Source of the DNA: Neoconidiobolus thromboides FSU 785 | Taxonomy: Eukaryota; Fungi; Entomophthoromycota | Reading direction: 5' to 3' | DNA length: 64,000 bases | NCBI GenBank assembly: GCA_025603075.1 | Contig: MU626302.1 | Coordinates: forward strand, 1 to 64,000 | In this document: one piece after another, positions 49,651-61,695 of the stretch | How positions within the stretch are numbered: the stretch's first letter is position 1 | How the letters are laid out: each line of letters starts with the position of its first letter | The notes under the pieces: model-generated | Databases searched by the model: none | What the model was told of the DNA's origin: nothing | Seen by the model: only the letters and a program-made list of their open reading frames with translations | Translations under genes and position numbers: made by a program

Positions 49651-49844
49651 ATATGGATTATAATTAAATTAGTTGTAAACCTGATAAAGCAGTACTTTGT
49701 ACTTAGTAGTTAAAACAATTGTTATACTGTAATTAACTATAAAGCTAATAAACCAATATTCTATAAAAATATTAATAATATTTAAAAAAATTAAAGCTGA
49801 TAATAAAATAATCTTATTATCATTTGATCTATTATTTACCATTT

Positions 49845-49943
49845 GGGGATGTTTTTTTTGGTTTCATCACTTTTTCTATTTTTTAAGCGCTATTTGAGTA
49901 GAAAAATTATTAGTAAAATTCTTAAACACAAAAATACATCCCC
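49845..49943 (-). mobile_element. MITE family copy 11
   Basis: ATTT|GGGGATGTTTTTTTTGG...ACACAAAAATACATCCCC|ATGT; flanks 1 mismatch. Confidence 0.9.
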
Positions 49944-50126
49944 ATGTTTATTTTGCTAATTGTATAAATAAAATTATTTTTAAAATTACTTACATATTTT
50001 TATAATCAAAACATTTTAATAAGTCTTATTATGTATAAATAATATAAATAATCTATATAATATGAAATATTTAAGTTTTAATAACTATCTATTTATATTG
50101 GATAAAACAATTCATATTAATAATAT

Positions 50127-50226
50127 GGGAATGTTTTTTTTTACTTCATTATTTTTTCCATTTTTTAACTACTATTTAAGGCGGAAAATTTGTTAGTAAA
50201 ATTCTTAAACACAAAAATACATCCCC
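50127..50226 (-). mobile_element. MITE family copy 12
   Basis: ATAT|GGGAATGTTTTTTTTTAC...ACACAAAAATACATCCCC|ATAT; exact TSD. Confidence 0.9.
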
Positions 50227-50616
50227 ATATGGGTATAATTAAAAGTAAAAGAGTGTAATTTATTAAACTATTAATAAGCTTACTTATTATTTTTATAAGT
50301 TTTTACAACTAACATCTTTTTAAATATGATGCACTAAAACAAGTTATTAGTTTAAATATTAGAATACTACAATTAAATGATTTATTATATGTAAACAATA
50401 TTCTAGTTATAAATATCAAATCATCAACTCAACTCAGGATTCAATTTTAGCTACTATTAACTTAATGTTAAGACTTAGATGTTATATAACTCTAAACTTG
50501 AAAAAAAGCAGCAAATTCATCTACTATCCAATAAAAACTTTCAAAAGTTACAAGTAAAAACAATATCAAAATTCAAATCAGCATTTTTTTTAAAATTCTA
50601 AAAAGGTATAAAAAAG

Positions 50617-51298
50617 ATGAACGGCTCAGTGGTCTGTTTTTTATTATGTTTAATACTTGCTGTCGTTTTAATCTTGTTTTCGATATTTTTCGTAAGTCTT
50701 TTTTTTGTAATTTAGTAATTGAAATTTTTTTAAATGCTGGATTTATTAGTTAATCATGTTAACGGATCTTGAATCCGATTATATTAACCCTGTAGACCTA
50801 TGTAATAAATTGAATAAGGTAACTAAAAAATAGATAAACTTTATATTATTAGTATTAATATTGAACTTCAGTATATAATGCCTGAACATATAACGCATGG
50901 GTTAATTGTCATCATCTTGTTATTCTCAGGGATGTATTATAGTCTATTATTCAATCTACCATTGTTTCTATTTAATTTATCAAAGTAAGCAACTATGCAT
51001 ATCTCATACTTTATAAAAGATTTTAAGCATTAAATTAACACGTCTTTTATATTAGTATCTATCAAAAAAAGCTTCATTTAGATGCCACAGAAATATTTCG
51101 TAGTTTACCAAAACATAAATGGGATTGGGGTTTTCGATTAGGTTTTTATTTACTTTGTTTATTTTGGTATCTTTATAGGTAAGTAACAAGGTTTTACTAG
51201 CTATTATTATTATGGATATTAATTAGCTTCTTTTTTTATTTAGAATGATTGTTTGTTTAGTTGAACAAGTGAGACCTACGACTGCTACATTTGAATAA
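50617..51298 (+). CDS. ERV14: Cornichon/Erv14 ER cargo receptor, multi-exon (not in ORF track)
   Basis: Spliced ...[29 protein letters not shown]...FNLPLF...[16 protein letters not shown]...[16 protein letters not shown]. Confidence 0.95.
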
Positions 51299-51663
51299 GA
51301 ATAAATATTTGTTTTAAATAAACATGCTTTATACCCTTTTTTTATGACTTTAATGATTTAATAGTTATCTTGATAGAAGAATTATTTGATAGAGGTCTAG
51401 TCTTTTTTAGATAATAAATAGAAATTAACTTAATGACAGTATAATGATGACTATATATTTATTACATGAGTCAAGCTTTTAAATGAACATAAAAGATTAA
51501 TAATTTTATAATATCCTAACAATTAGTAATAGATTCTTAAATTTCATCATATCAATTGTAATCTTCAAATAAAAATGAAGCAAATTTGATTTTCAAATTA
51601 TTGTAAAAAAAGGAACTTGAGCTAAAAAACAACTTTTTTAATAACTTTTATTTTTTTTAAAAC

Positions 51664-52192
51664 ATGTTAGATTCCACTTTAGATGAGATTTTATTTATTG
51701 AACAAAAGTAAGTTGCAATAAATGTCTCTTCTTTTTAATATTAACTAAGCTCTAATTAATAAATTAGATATTTTATTGAAGGTGTAAAAACGGGAGAAAT
51801 TGAAGGAGAAGATATTGGAAAATTACAAGGACGATTACATGGTTTAGAAAAAGGGTATGAATTTGGTAAAAAAATAGGGTTTATTCAATCTATATGTAAA
51901 ACTATATGTTATCTTAATGAAAATCAAAAGTTAAATGAAACTATGAATGAGAGGTAAAACTTTCATTTCTATTTACTATCTATTTTTATTTATTTGTCTA
52001 TTTAGAATAATTAAAAATATAAATAGTATACTAAAATTAATAGATACAGTACCTATTATTAATGATCATGAATTTGATTATCAAAAAATTGAAGCTCAAT
52101 TAGATGCTAAAGTTAAATTATTATTTACTTGGCTAGGGCTTAGTGCAACCGATACACCAATTAATCATAAAACTAATGACTTAAATTATTAA
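51664..52192 (+). CDS. LTO1: Lto1/ORAOV1 (Yae1-family Fe-S adaptor), 3 exons
   Basis: MLDSTLDEILFIEQKYFIEGVKTGEIEGEDIGKLQGRLHGLEKGYEFGKKIG has the deca-GX3 motif; Lto1 favoured over Yae1 from the N-terminus. Confidence 0.75.
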
Positions 52193-52317
52193 ATAAATAG
52201 AATAAATATTAAGTAAATAAATAAAAACAAATATATCATATCTAAATTTTTATCTTTATTAGTAATCTTTAAATTAAATAACATATTAATTGTAATAATT
52301 ATTGAATTTTACAATAT

Positions 52318-52415
52318 GGGAGTGTATTTTTGTATTTAAGAATTTTACTAATAATCTTTCCGCTCAAATAGTGCTTAAAAATGGAAAAAGTGATGAAACC
52401 AAAAAAAACATTCTC
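52318..52415 (+). mobile_element. MITE family copy 13
   Basis: ATAT|GGGAGTGTATTTTTGTA...AAAAAAAACATTCTC|ATAT; exact TSD. Confidence 0.9.
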
Positions 52416-52875
52416 ATATGCCACTTTAATGTGAAAGTGAATAATTTCTAATATTTGCCAAATTTTAAGTCATGTCAAAAGAGCTTCAACTAATTAAATA
52501 AATTTGATGCCTTGTTAAGGTTGATTTTATTAGTTGAAGTTAGTAGTTGTATGGCAGAAGTTTATATTAGCCGTAATTTGAAAAAAATGTATTTTACATT
52601 TTCCAACAACGATGTGATTAATCTAGTAATAATAACAAAATTTTAATAATTAATTTTTCATTCAATTTTAATACTTAAACTTAGTTATTCAAACCTAAAT
52701 TATGCCATAAAACCCTCCTTAGATCACGACTTACCTAGTTTATCCTCAATTAATTAAATTTAGAAATTCAACGTCAACAAATGATTCAAATAAACTAATC
52801 AACATTATAACAGAAAATAAATAATAAAAATAAAACTTAATACTTTTTATAAAAATTAGTTTTATTTATCTAACA

Positions 52876-55020
52876 ATGGATTTAGAAAGCAACAATAATA
52901 ATACGGAAGGGATTAGCCTTATTAATAATAATCAAATAAAACCAGTAATTTTAATTAATTCATTATTAAAAAATATTAGCTAATCTTAATTTCAGTCCAA
53001 TCATAAAAAATACATGAGCTATTGTGTAGGTTTAATCTTAGTGTTTATCATTGGTATAGGAATTGTAGTGTCCTATTCCCCACACTATGGTAGTTCATTA
53101 AATCTCTTTCATTTTTTATTAATTGTAATTCTCTTTTTAGGTAACAAGCGTAATGTAATTATCATGATATCAGATGGTTTTGGACCAGCCAGTGAAACTT
53201 ATGGACGAACGTTTCATCAGTTTGTACATAATAATACTTATTCATCTATCACCCCATTGGATCAAATTTTAATTGGACAATCAAGAACACGTTCTTCATC
53301 CAGTGTAATTACAGATTCAGCTGCTGGAGCTACCGCTTTTTCTTGTGGTTTAAAAAGTTATAATGGTGCTATTGGGGGTAAGTTTTAAATTTTATTGTAA
53401 AAATGTCAATAAAAGTATTTTATATTAAGTTTAACTCATTATGCATATTTTTATAGTTGATCAACACCAACGTCCATGCGGTACTGTTTTAGAAGCAGCT
53501 AAAAAAAGAGGTTTTTTAACTGGTTTAGTAGCCACTTCAAGAATTACACATGCTACACCTGCTTCTTTCTCAGCCCATGTTATCTCTAGGGATATGGAAA
53601 ATAAAATAGCAGAACAACAAATTGGATTATATCCATTAGGTAGAAATGTAGATATTATGTTTGGTGGTGGTAAATGTGAATTTTTGGATAGAAATACTAC
53701 AGGTTCTTGTAGATCGGATAATTTAGATTTAATTAAAAAAGGAAATGAATTAGGTTGGAATTTCGTATTTGAAAAAAAGGAGTTTGAAGAAATTGATGAT
53801 AATAATGTAAAGCTTCCATTGGCGGGTTTGTTTGCTAATGGGGTAAATATTAATAATTCAACTATTTATTATTTATTATTTATTATTTATTGTTGTTTAT
53901 TATTTATTTTAGCATATGGATTATGAAATTGACCGAGATAGTTCACAACAACCTGCTTTAAAAGAAATGGCCAAAAAAACTATACAAATATTAAATAATT
54001 TAACTAAGAAAAAAACTCATGGATTTTTTTTAATGATCGAAGGTTCCAGAATCGATATGGCAGCTCATGAGTAATCTATTAAAAATCCATTTTTATTTTT
54101 ATTTTTATTGAATATTTCTATTTAGCAATGATCCCGTTGCTCATGCTCATGATATTTTAGCTTATTATGAAACAGTAAAAGTAGTTAAAGATTTTGTAGC
54201 TAAAAATTCAGATACAGTCATGATTTCAGTAAATTTGAAAAGTTAGAAACATTCAATCATTATTCTTATCTTGAATTTCTAGGTAAGTGATCATGAAACT
54301 GGTGGCTTCACTTTAGGTCGTCAATTAACTGCTGCTTATCCCGAATACATATGGTAAAGAAATAAGTCTTTCACTTTGTTCTAACTAATAAAATTGTAAT
54401 TAATTGTATTTTAGGCATCCAGAAGTTATTGCCAGGGTAAAAAAATCAACTGAAAAACTAGCTGAAGAAATCATGAATTTCACTGGGAAAGATAAAGCTA
54501 ATTTTATTGAAAATAAAATATTACAGGAATCTATGGGTATCTCCGATCCTACTGAGATTGAAATTGAAGCTATTAACCATGCTAATACTTTATTTGATTT
54601 AAAAGCTCAACTTGGTAATGTAGTTTCTAGAAGAGCTAATTTAGGGGTAAGTTGATAAATTAATTGATATTTAATACTTATTCTTTTATTTTTTTGTAAT
54701 TTAGTGGACAACTCATGGCCATACTGGTGTGGATGTAAATTTATATGCTTATGGTAAAGGTGCACATCACTTGCATGGGAGTAAAGAGGTAATTTTATTA
54801 TTATGTATTATAATATCGATATTAATTTATTTTTACCTTTATTTTATTTTATCTTATTTTCATTATAATACTATAGAATACTGATATTGGCAAATTTATT
54901 GAGACTTTCTTGGATTTGGATTTAACTTCAATTACTAAAAAATTAAAGTAAGCGAATAAATTCATTAGTTGATATTTTAATAATATTAATGTTTGTTTTC
55001 TTAGGAAATGGCGATTTTAA
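52876..55020 (+). CDS. PHO8: Alkaline phosphatase (Pho8-type, type II membrane anchor), multi-exon
   Basis: N-terminal TM; NVIIMISDGFGP; ITDSAAGATAF; TSRITHATPASF; MIEGSRIDMAAHEND; SDHETGG; WTTHGHTGVDV. Confidence 0.95.
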
Positions 55021-55309
55021 GTGAAATTATATTGTTTGATGATATAATATTAACAATTATTATTATTAAATTTTTAAGTCAAGTTTTTTGTTTATTTTTA
55101 AAAATCTTAATTTATTATGTCTACAACAAACCCGCTCTTTTTTAAAACCTTAATGTTCGATTATATTATTATAAGAATTTCATTCCAACCTCTTGTTTTA
55201 AAGTATTGATTTTTATTTGTAAAAAATAAATCGAATTAGTTGTTAAAAAAATTGTATTGAGTTTTTATTTATATTTAATAAACAATTATAAAGCAGTTGA
55301 ATTTGATTT

Positions 55310-57744
55310 TTAACTTCTACCGAATAAATCCTTTTCCTAAATTAAAAATAAAAATTAATATTAAAATTATAAGATATATAATTATATTAGTTATGCTTAC
55401 AATTAATTTAGCTGCAATTGGATGATAGATATTTTTATTAGCTAAAAATGTTTTCTTTGCTAATGTAGATCCATTTTCTGTTTGATTTAAAGCACTAAAA
55501 TAAAGCACATCATTAGTAATAGTTAACTTTTATATTAAAAAAGATACTTACTGATAAAGTGGACGAACGTATTTCATTCTACCTTGTTCAGTAATGAATT
55601 TTACAACAGCTGGGAAAATAGATTCATAATTGGCTCTTAAGCATAATAACTGCCATCGAAGTTTAACTTCACAATTTGGATTGGAAGTAATTGAATAAAT
55701 TTCTTCTAGATTTTTTATCACATTTACAGATAAGGCTGGATACTCGGAAAAGCGTTCAAGGAATACAACTAATTAAATTAAGTTAATTGTTTATTTAAAT
55801 ATTTAATAAATAACAAATAATAAACTTACCTTGTTGATTAGTATTAAGATCTTGGAAATCACTGGGTTGAAATTCTTCAAATGACGATTTATCACGGGAG
55901 GCATCCCATCTAAATATTAATGCTAATATTCGATTTAATTTAACAATTTAATAGTTTAAATTTACCTTTTAGCTAATTCATCACAAGGTTGACTTAAAGT
56001 GGTATCAAAATCACAACTTACTGGAGGCTACAATAGAATTATTATTATTATTTATTATTATTTATTATTATCATTGAATTACCATTCCAGGGGAGTGTAA
56101 CCAAGTATTCCAATCCACTTGGTCTAATAATTTAATTTTTTCATCCCCATGATTTTTTTGCATATATTCATATAAGTAACTTTTCCAATCTTTTGTGGTA
56201 ATAGATTGATGTGAAAAGTTAACAATATGTGCCTTCATATAAGGTTCAAATACTTCTGGTCCCCCTAATAATTGTTCAAGATAATATAAAAAGTTAAAGC
56301 CTTTTTCTATTATAATAAATAATTATTAGTATTAATATTTTCATTGTAATTAATAAAAATAAAAAATTACCATAAGGTACACTTGAAAAAGCATCATCTG
56401 GGTTAACATTTTCTAAGTTAGGACATAAAGCTGTCAATGGATTCTCTTTACCAAAGAACTCAATACTTTGTTCAAGAGCTTTCCAGCCAATAATAGCACT
56501 AAATTGACGCATAGGTTCTCCATGAATTCGTCCCATAATTTTTCTTTCCAAAAACATTGTCCAACCTTCATTTAACCAAAAATGTTCCCAATTATAATTA
56601 GTGACCAAATTACCAGTCCAAGAATGCGATAATTCATGAGCAATCACATCCACAGCCGATTTATCACCTGCTAACAAAGTGGGTGTAACAAAAGTTAAAT
56701 TGGGATTTTCCATACCACCATAAGGAAAAGAGGGTGGTAATATTAATAAATCATATCTTCCCCATTCATATGCACAAGTTAATTCTTCTGCTGTTTTTAA
56801 AAAGGTTTCTGTATCCGAAAATTCATAAGCTGCTGCATCGACCATCTCTGGTTCACTCCATACTGCTGATCTTGAACTTATTTCTTTACTAGCTAGGTTA
56901 CCTACTACAATGGCTATTAAATAAGATGGAATCGAATTTCTTTGTTCGAATTTATAGGTTTTTAAACTTTCATCATTGGATAGTTCATCTCCTGTACTAA
57001 GGGCACTCATAAGAGCAGTCAAATTAGAAGGTACAGTTATACTAGCACTATAAGTAATTTTAACTGCTGGAGTATCTTGACAAGGCACCATACTACGAGC
57101 ATAAATCTAATTGGATCAATATAAAATGATATTATGAATTGAAAAACTACTTACAGACTAAATAAATTTGATTAGTAAAAATTAAGAATATAATATAATT
57201 AAAAATTACTTGACATTGAGAAAACAAGTAAGGGAATTTTTTACCAACTGTTTGACTATTAAAAATTAAAATCAAATTAAATAAAAATAATATATCTATT
57301 ATTTTTCTTTTTTACCTTGGTTCTAACCATTGAATAGCACCAGCCTCTTTTGTCGTTTCATATTCTACTTTAAGTTGAAATTCTTTTAAACCTTGAACAC
57401 TACCTTCTAAATTAATTTCCAAGGCAGAACCTAAATTAGGATCTCTTGCAAGTAAACTGAACTATTTTTAAATAAATTAACACCAATGATATAAAGATAA
57501 ACTAAAATCAAAAACATACATCTAATTTTCTTTCTTGATCACCATCAATAATAGCAACTGAATTAATATTTAAATAGTCAGTATCTAATAGAACCTTATC
57601 TAAAGTATCAACTTTAGCTTCCATAGACAAAATGACATGCCCTCTTAAAGATTGAGAAATAAAATCCACATGGGCAACTATATTTAAGTGTTTGGTAATC
57701 ACTTCAGTAATATTGGTGAAACTGTTAGGGTCTTTTCGACACAT
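55310..57744 (-). CDS. LTA4H: Leukotriene A4 hydrolase/M1 aminopeptidase (Lap2-like), multi-exon with 3-nt microexon
   Basis: DPNS; [22 protein letters not shown]; PYGGMENP; [14 protein letters not shown]; WLNEG; FSSVPYEKG; C-terminal [12 protein letters not shown]. Confidence 0.95.
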
Positions 57745-58563
57745 TTTAGTCAATGTTCTAATTTTTTGAAAAAAGTTTCTATGTTAAATGATTTTACTTA
57801 CCTTTTATACTTTTAACGTAATAATGGTGGATGATGACTTAATTTGGTAATTCATCGTTAGGTTCGAAAAAAATTTAAAATTGAGTTATGATTTCATTTG
57901 TTATGAAATAATACAGCAAGTGATTGAATTGATATACGTTTTAATTTTTGATGTTTTTATAGAGGTTTTAATCAGTGTCCATAATATATATAATACAAAT
58001 AATATCCTTACACTTACCGTTGTTAATACACCCTTAATTATTAACACTTTACCCTTATCTTTACCCTTATTTTTTAAAGTATCAACTTTGCCATTTTTTA
58101 TTAATGAGTCATAATGGATTCTCAATGTAATGTTATTTTTTATCAGGTGATTAAAATTAAAATTAAAATTAACTACACCTGTTACAGATATATTACGACT
58201 TAATTTACTGTTGATTTAAAAATAATATTTTGCTAAAATCAAGCTGAAATTAACAAATTCCGCTTAAAAAAAACTAAATAAATAGTAGTTAGCTCTAAAA
58301 ATTATTACAAATCAATCACAATAGAAATTCAAAAGTAATTAATTTGAGTTATAAAATAATAAAAAATTGAGTTAACTCCTGGTAAAACTTTAATATAACT
58401 ATTATTCGTAAATAGAGTTTTCTAAAAAGGCGTTTGAATGTATATTTAGTAGAATCAAATTTTTGTACATTTGAGATTATTAAATTATTGAACTATTAAA
58501 AACTTGGCAATAGTTATGGTTGGGATAAAAAGAATTTTATTATTGTAAAAAGTAGAATTATAT

Positions 58564-58662
58564 GGGGATGTATTTTTGTGTTTAAGAATTTTACTAACAA
58601 TTTTTCCACTTAAATAGTGCTTAAAAAACGGAAAAAGTAATGAAGTCAAAATAAACACTCCC
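58564..58662 (+). mobile_element. MITE family copy 14
   Basis: ATAT|GGGGATGTATTTTTGTG...AAAATAAACACTCCC|ATAT; exact TSD; 99 bp. Confidence 0.9.
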
Positions 58663-59464
58663 ATATAATAACATTACTATTCTATAACATTATAACCTTA
58701 TATAAATCACTTAAGTAACATTATGATGCTTTGAAATACTTCTAATTAATATTATAATCTTATTAAATTACATGATATATAATTTACTAAATTTGTAACA
58801 TCAGTCAAAATAAATGTGTATTTCTATTAATCAAAAATATTATTAATAGTAATATAAAATATTTTTAAACTTTATATTGAAATGGCATACTTGAGATAGT
58901 TTATAACATAATTTGATATTATAAATAATAAATAATAGACAATAAAATAATAAATAACAACTATCAAAATAAATCATTAAAATAACATTATTATAATATA
59001 TTAAGTAAATAACTTAATTTGTGAATTTGATTAATTTAATTAATAAATGTGTATATTAGTAAAAGATACTAAATCTTAGTGCTCAAATCTAGATTCCAAA
59101 TAATAAATAAAAGTATATGTAATATAATTAATGTAATTAATATTTAAAGATTAGCAGTACAATGATTTTTTTAATAGAAAGTTGACTGTGAATGTATTTG
59201 TACGAGTAAAGTATAGTGTATATATATTGTGTAAAGAAAGATTATCACCTCATTATTTAATAATAGTTGTAATTATATTTATAGTTTTTAACTTATACCG
59301 TTAATTTAACTTAACTTCATTTTAAATAAAATAAAATAAACTTAATTAAAATTCATATAAAATTCAAGTTCAAATTATCTTAATTTTATTAATTTATCAA
59401 TAATAAGTCTGATCATTTAACAATAGCAATAAGTTATCAAACAATGATAATATTGATATTATTT

Positions 59465-59563
59465 GGGAATGTATTTTTGCGTTTAAGAATTTTACTAACA
59501 AATTTTCCACTTAAATAGCACTAAGAAAATGGAAAAAATAATGAAGTCAAAAAAAACACCCCC
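59465..59563 (+). mobile_element. MITE family copy 15
   Basis: ATTT|GGGAATGTATTTTTGCG...AAAAAAAACACCCCC|ATTT; exact non-palindromic TSD. Confidence 0.9.
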
Positions 59564-59823
59564 ATTTTTTATTGATGAATTATGTTAAATTATATTAAAT
59601 TATATTAAATTATATCAATTCTTAATTGACAAAATCAGTCTTTTACAAATTAATTTAACTTTATTTTATTGAATATTTAATTAAACTTTATGATAAAATA
59701 AAAATAAATTAACAATAAGATAAACTTTTATCAATTGAATGTTTTAATATCAGGAGAAAGAGGGGTATATAAACTGCCAAGAAATTATTAATTGAGTTTA
59801 AAAAACTAGTAAATAAAGTGATA

Positions 59824-60227
59824 ATGAAAGTCAAATTGCATCCACGTATTAAAATTGAACATGATAAATTAATTTTATTACTAAATGAATATAATAAAAA
59901 TACTCATCCCAGTTATTTACATTTAAAAGCATTAAGTCAAAGATTAAATATCAATTTAAAATCCGTACGTATTTGGTAACTTTATTATTATTGTTATTAT
60001 TGTTATGTTATTTATTGAATGTTTATTTGATATATTTATACTATTGTATACTCAGGTTTCAAAATCGACGTGCCTTAAATAAGCGAAAAGAAAGTGAAGA
60101 TAAGATGCGAGAACTCGACTTTAAAAAAAAACAAAAAGAGATAATAGAGGATGAAAAAAAGCGATTGGAAGCAGCAAGAATGTTAGTATATTTTAAGTTT
60201 CATACTATATTAAATAAAATTATATAA
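59824..60227 (+). CDS. Small homeodomain transcription factor (3' end uncertain)
   Basis: Intron splits W48: ...LSQRLNINLKSVRIW|FQNRRALNKRK; R5, L16, P26, Q50, N51 retained; followed by a charged helix. Confidence 0.8.
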
Positions 60228-60299
60228 CTATTTTTATTTACTTATTTGTTTTATTTATTAATTTAATATGTTATTTATTATAATCAACTTTCAAGAATA

Positions 60300-61695
60300 T
60301 TAACTAAATAAATTTAATGTTTTTCTAACATTTTGAGGACCATCCCAATTTCCTTTAAGTAAACCATTCCAATAAATAGCGGGTAAGATATCTTTTGTTA
60401 AATAATAACTCAGTTTTGATGGTTGAGCTTGATCAAAAGGTAAAGTTTCTTGAGGTTGGCCAGAATAACCCGAAAATTCCGCTAAGATTAATTTATTATC
60501 CCCAATAAATAACGGACATGAAGTATATCCATCATAAGTTAAATAATCTTTTTTATCAGAAATTAATTTTAATAAGTTGTTACTTAATACATAGGACTGA
60601 GTAGTAATTGCAGCCGCCGTTTTACTTGTTGGTAAACTAGATGCATCTCCTAAGGATAATATATTCTTATATTTATTATGAATCAAAGTATATTGATCTA
60701 CATCTACGTAGCCAGCTTCGTTTGTAACTTCATTATCTTTTAAAAAAGCATAAGGACCCATAGGTGGTGTAATATGAGCAAAATTATACTCTTTATTGAT
60801 AATTTCATTAGTAGCTAAATTTTTAAATACTAATTCTTTTTCTTTAACTTCAATCAAATCTTGATTATAATTTAATGCTATTTGTTTCTCTTGATTAACT
60901 TTTAATAAGGAATTAGCATATTTCTCAATAGCAAAGATTTTCCCAATTCCTGTATGATAAGACAAATTCACTTTATCACGTATATTTTTTTCTCTTAAAT
61001 AACTATCTGCTAAATAAGCTATTTTTTGTGGTGCTCCAGCACACTAAAATTTGAAAGTTAATATCAAGCTTAAACTAATAAATAAATTTGCTTACTTTAA
61101 TAGGCGTTGAAGGCATTGTAAACACGGCATTTCCTTCATTTAATTTTTCCAATTGTTCATGAGTTTTACCTACTGTTTCAAATGAATAATTTGAACAAAC
61201 CCAATCCTTATTTAATGCTTCTTTTAAACCTTTAACTTTATCCCATTTCAATTCAATACCTGGGGCAATAATTAAATAATTATAACTCAGTACATTACCA
61301 TCTTTTAATGTCACTTTATTATTTTCAGCATCAATTTTTTCAACGTAATTTTGAATCCATTCCACTCCTTTTGGTATGACTTCTTTAAATGGTTGGTAAC
61401 TATCTTTGATATTTTTAATACCTGCTCCTACTAAAGTCCATAATGGCTGATAATAATGTTGATTATTGGGTTCAATGACACCAATTTCCCCATTACCAAA
61501 ATGTTTATTTAATTTGGAAGTTACTAATAGTAAAGTTATTAGGAATTATTTGGGTTTATTATGATTTTTCTTACCTGAAATACCAGCTGTACCACCACCT
61601 ATAACTAATATTTTATAACTAGATTGTTTTAAACTTTGATTGACATGAGTGGCTAAACCACGATAAATTACTCTTTGATAGTTAAAGATACCCAT
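60300..61695 (-). CDS. SQOR: Mitochondrial sulfide:quinone oxidoreductase, 3 exons
   Basis: ILVIGGGTAGIS; HYYQPLWTLVGAG; VCSNY; PIKCAGAPQK; HITPPMGP; GDASSLPTSKTAAA; YDGYTSCP. Confidence 0.95.

Noticed and set aside
49550-50226. Regularly spaced repeats resembling a CRISPR array
   Set aside because: Eukaryotic context; ~99-bp units with TIRs and individual TSDs, ~190-bp gaps, dispersed copies and no cas genes
57881-58125. Overlapping 77- and 74-aa ORFs on both strands
   Set aside because: No motifs, non-ATG or weak starts; likely LTA4H upstream DNA
58560-58666. Treating ATAT as part of the MITE TIR with a TA TSD (Tc1/mariner-type)
   Set aside because: Copies 3 and 15 have AAAT/AAAT and ATTT/ATTT direct, not inverted, flanks, which fit a 4-bp TSD
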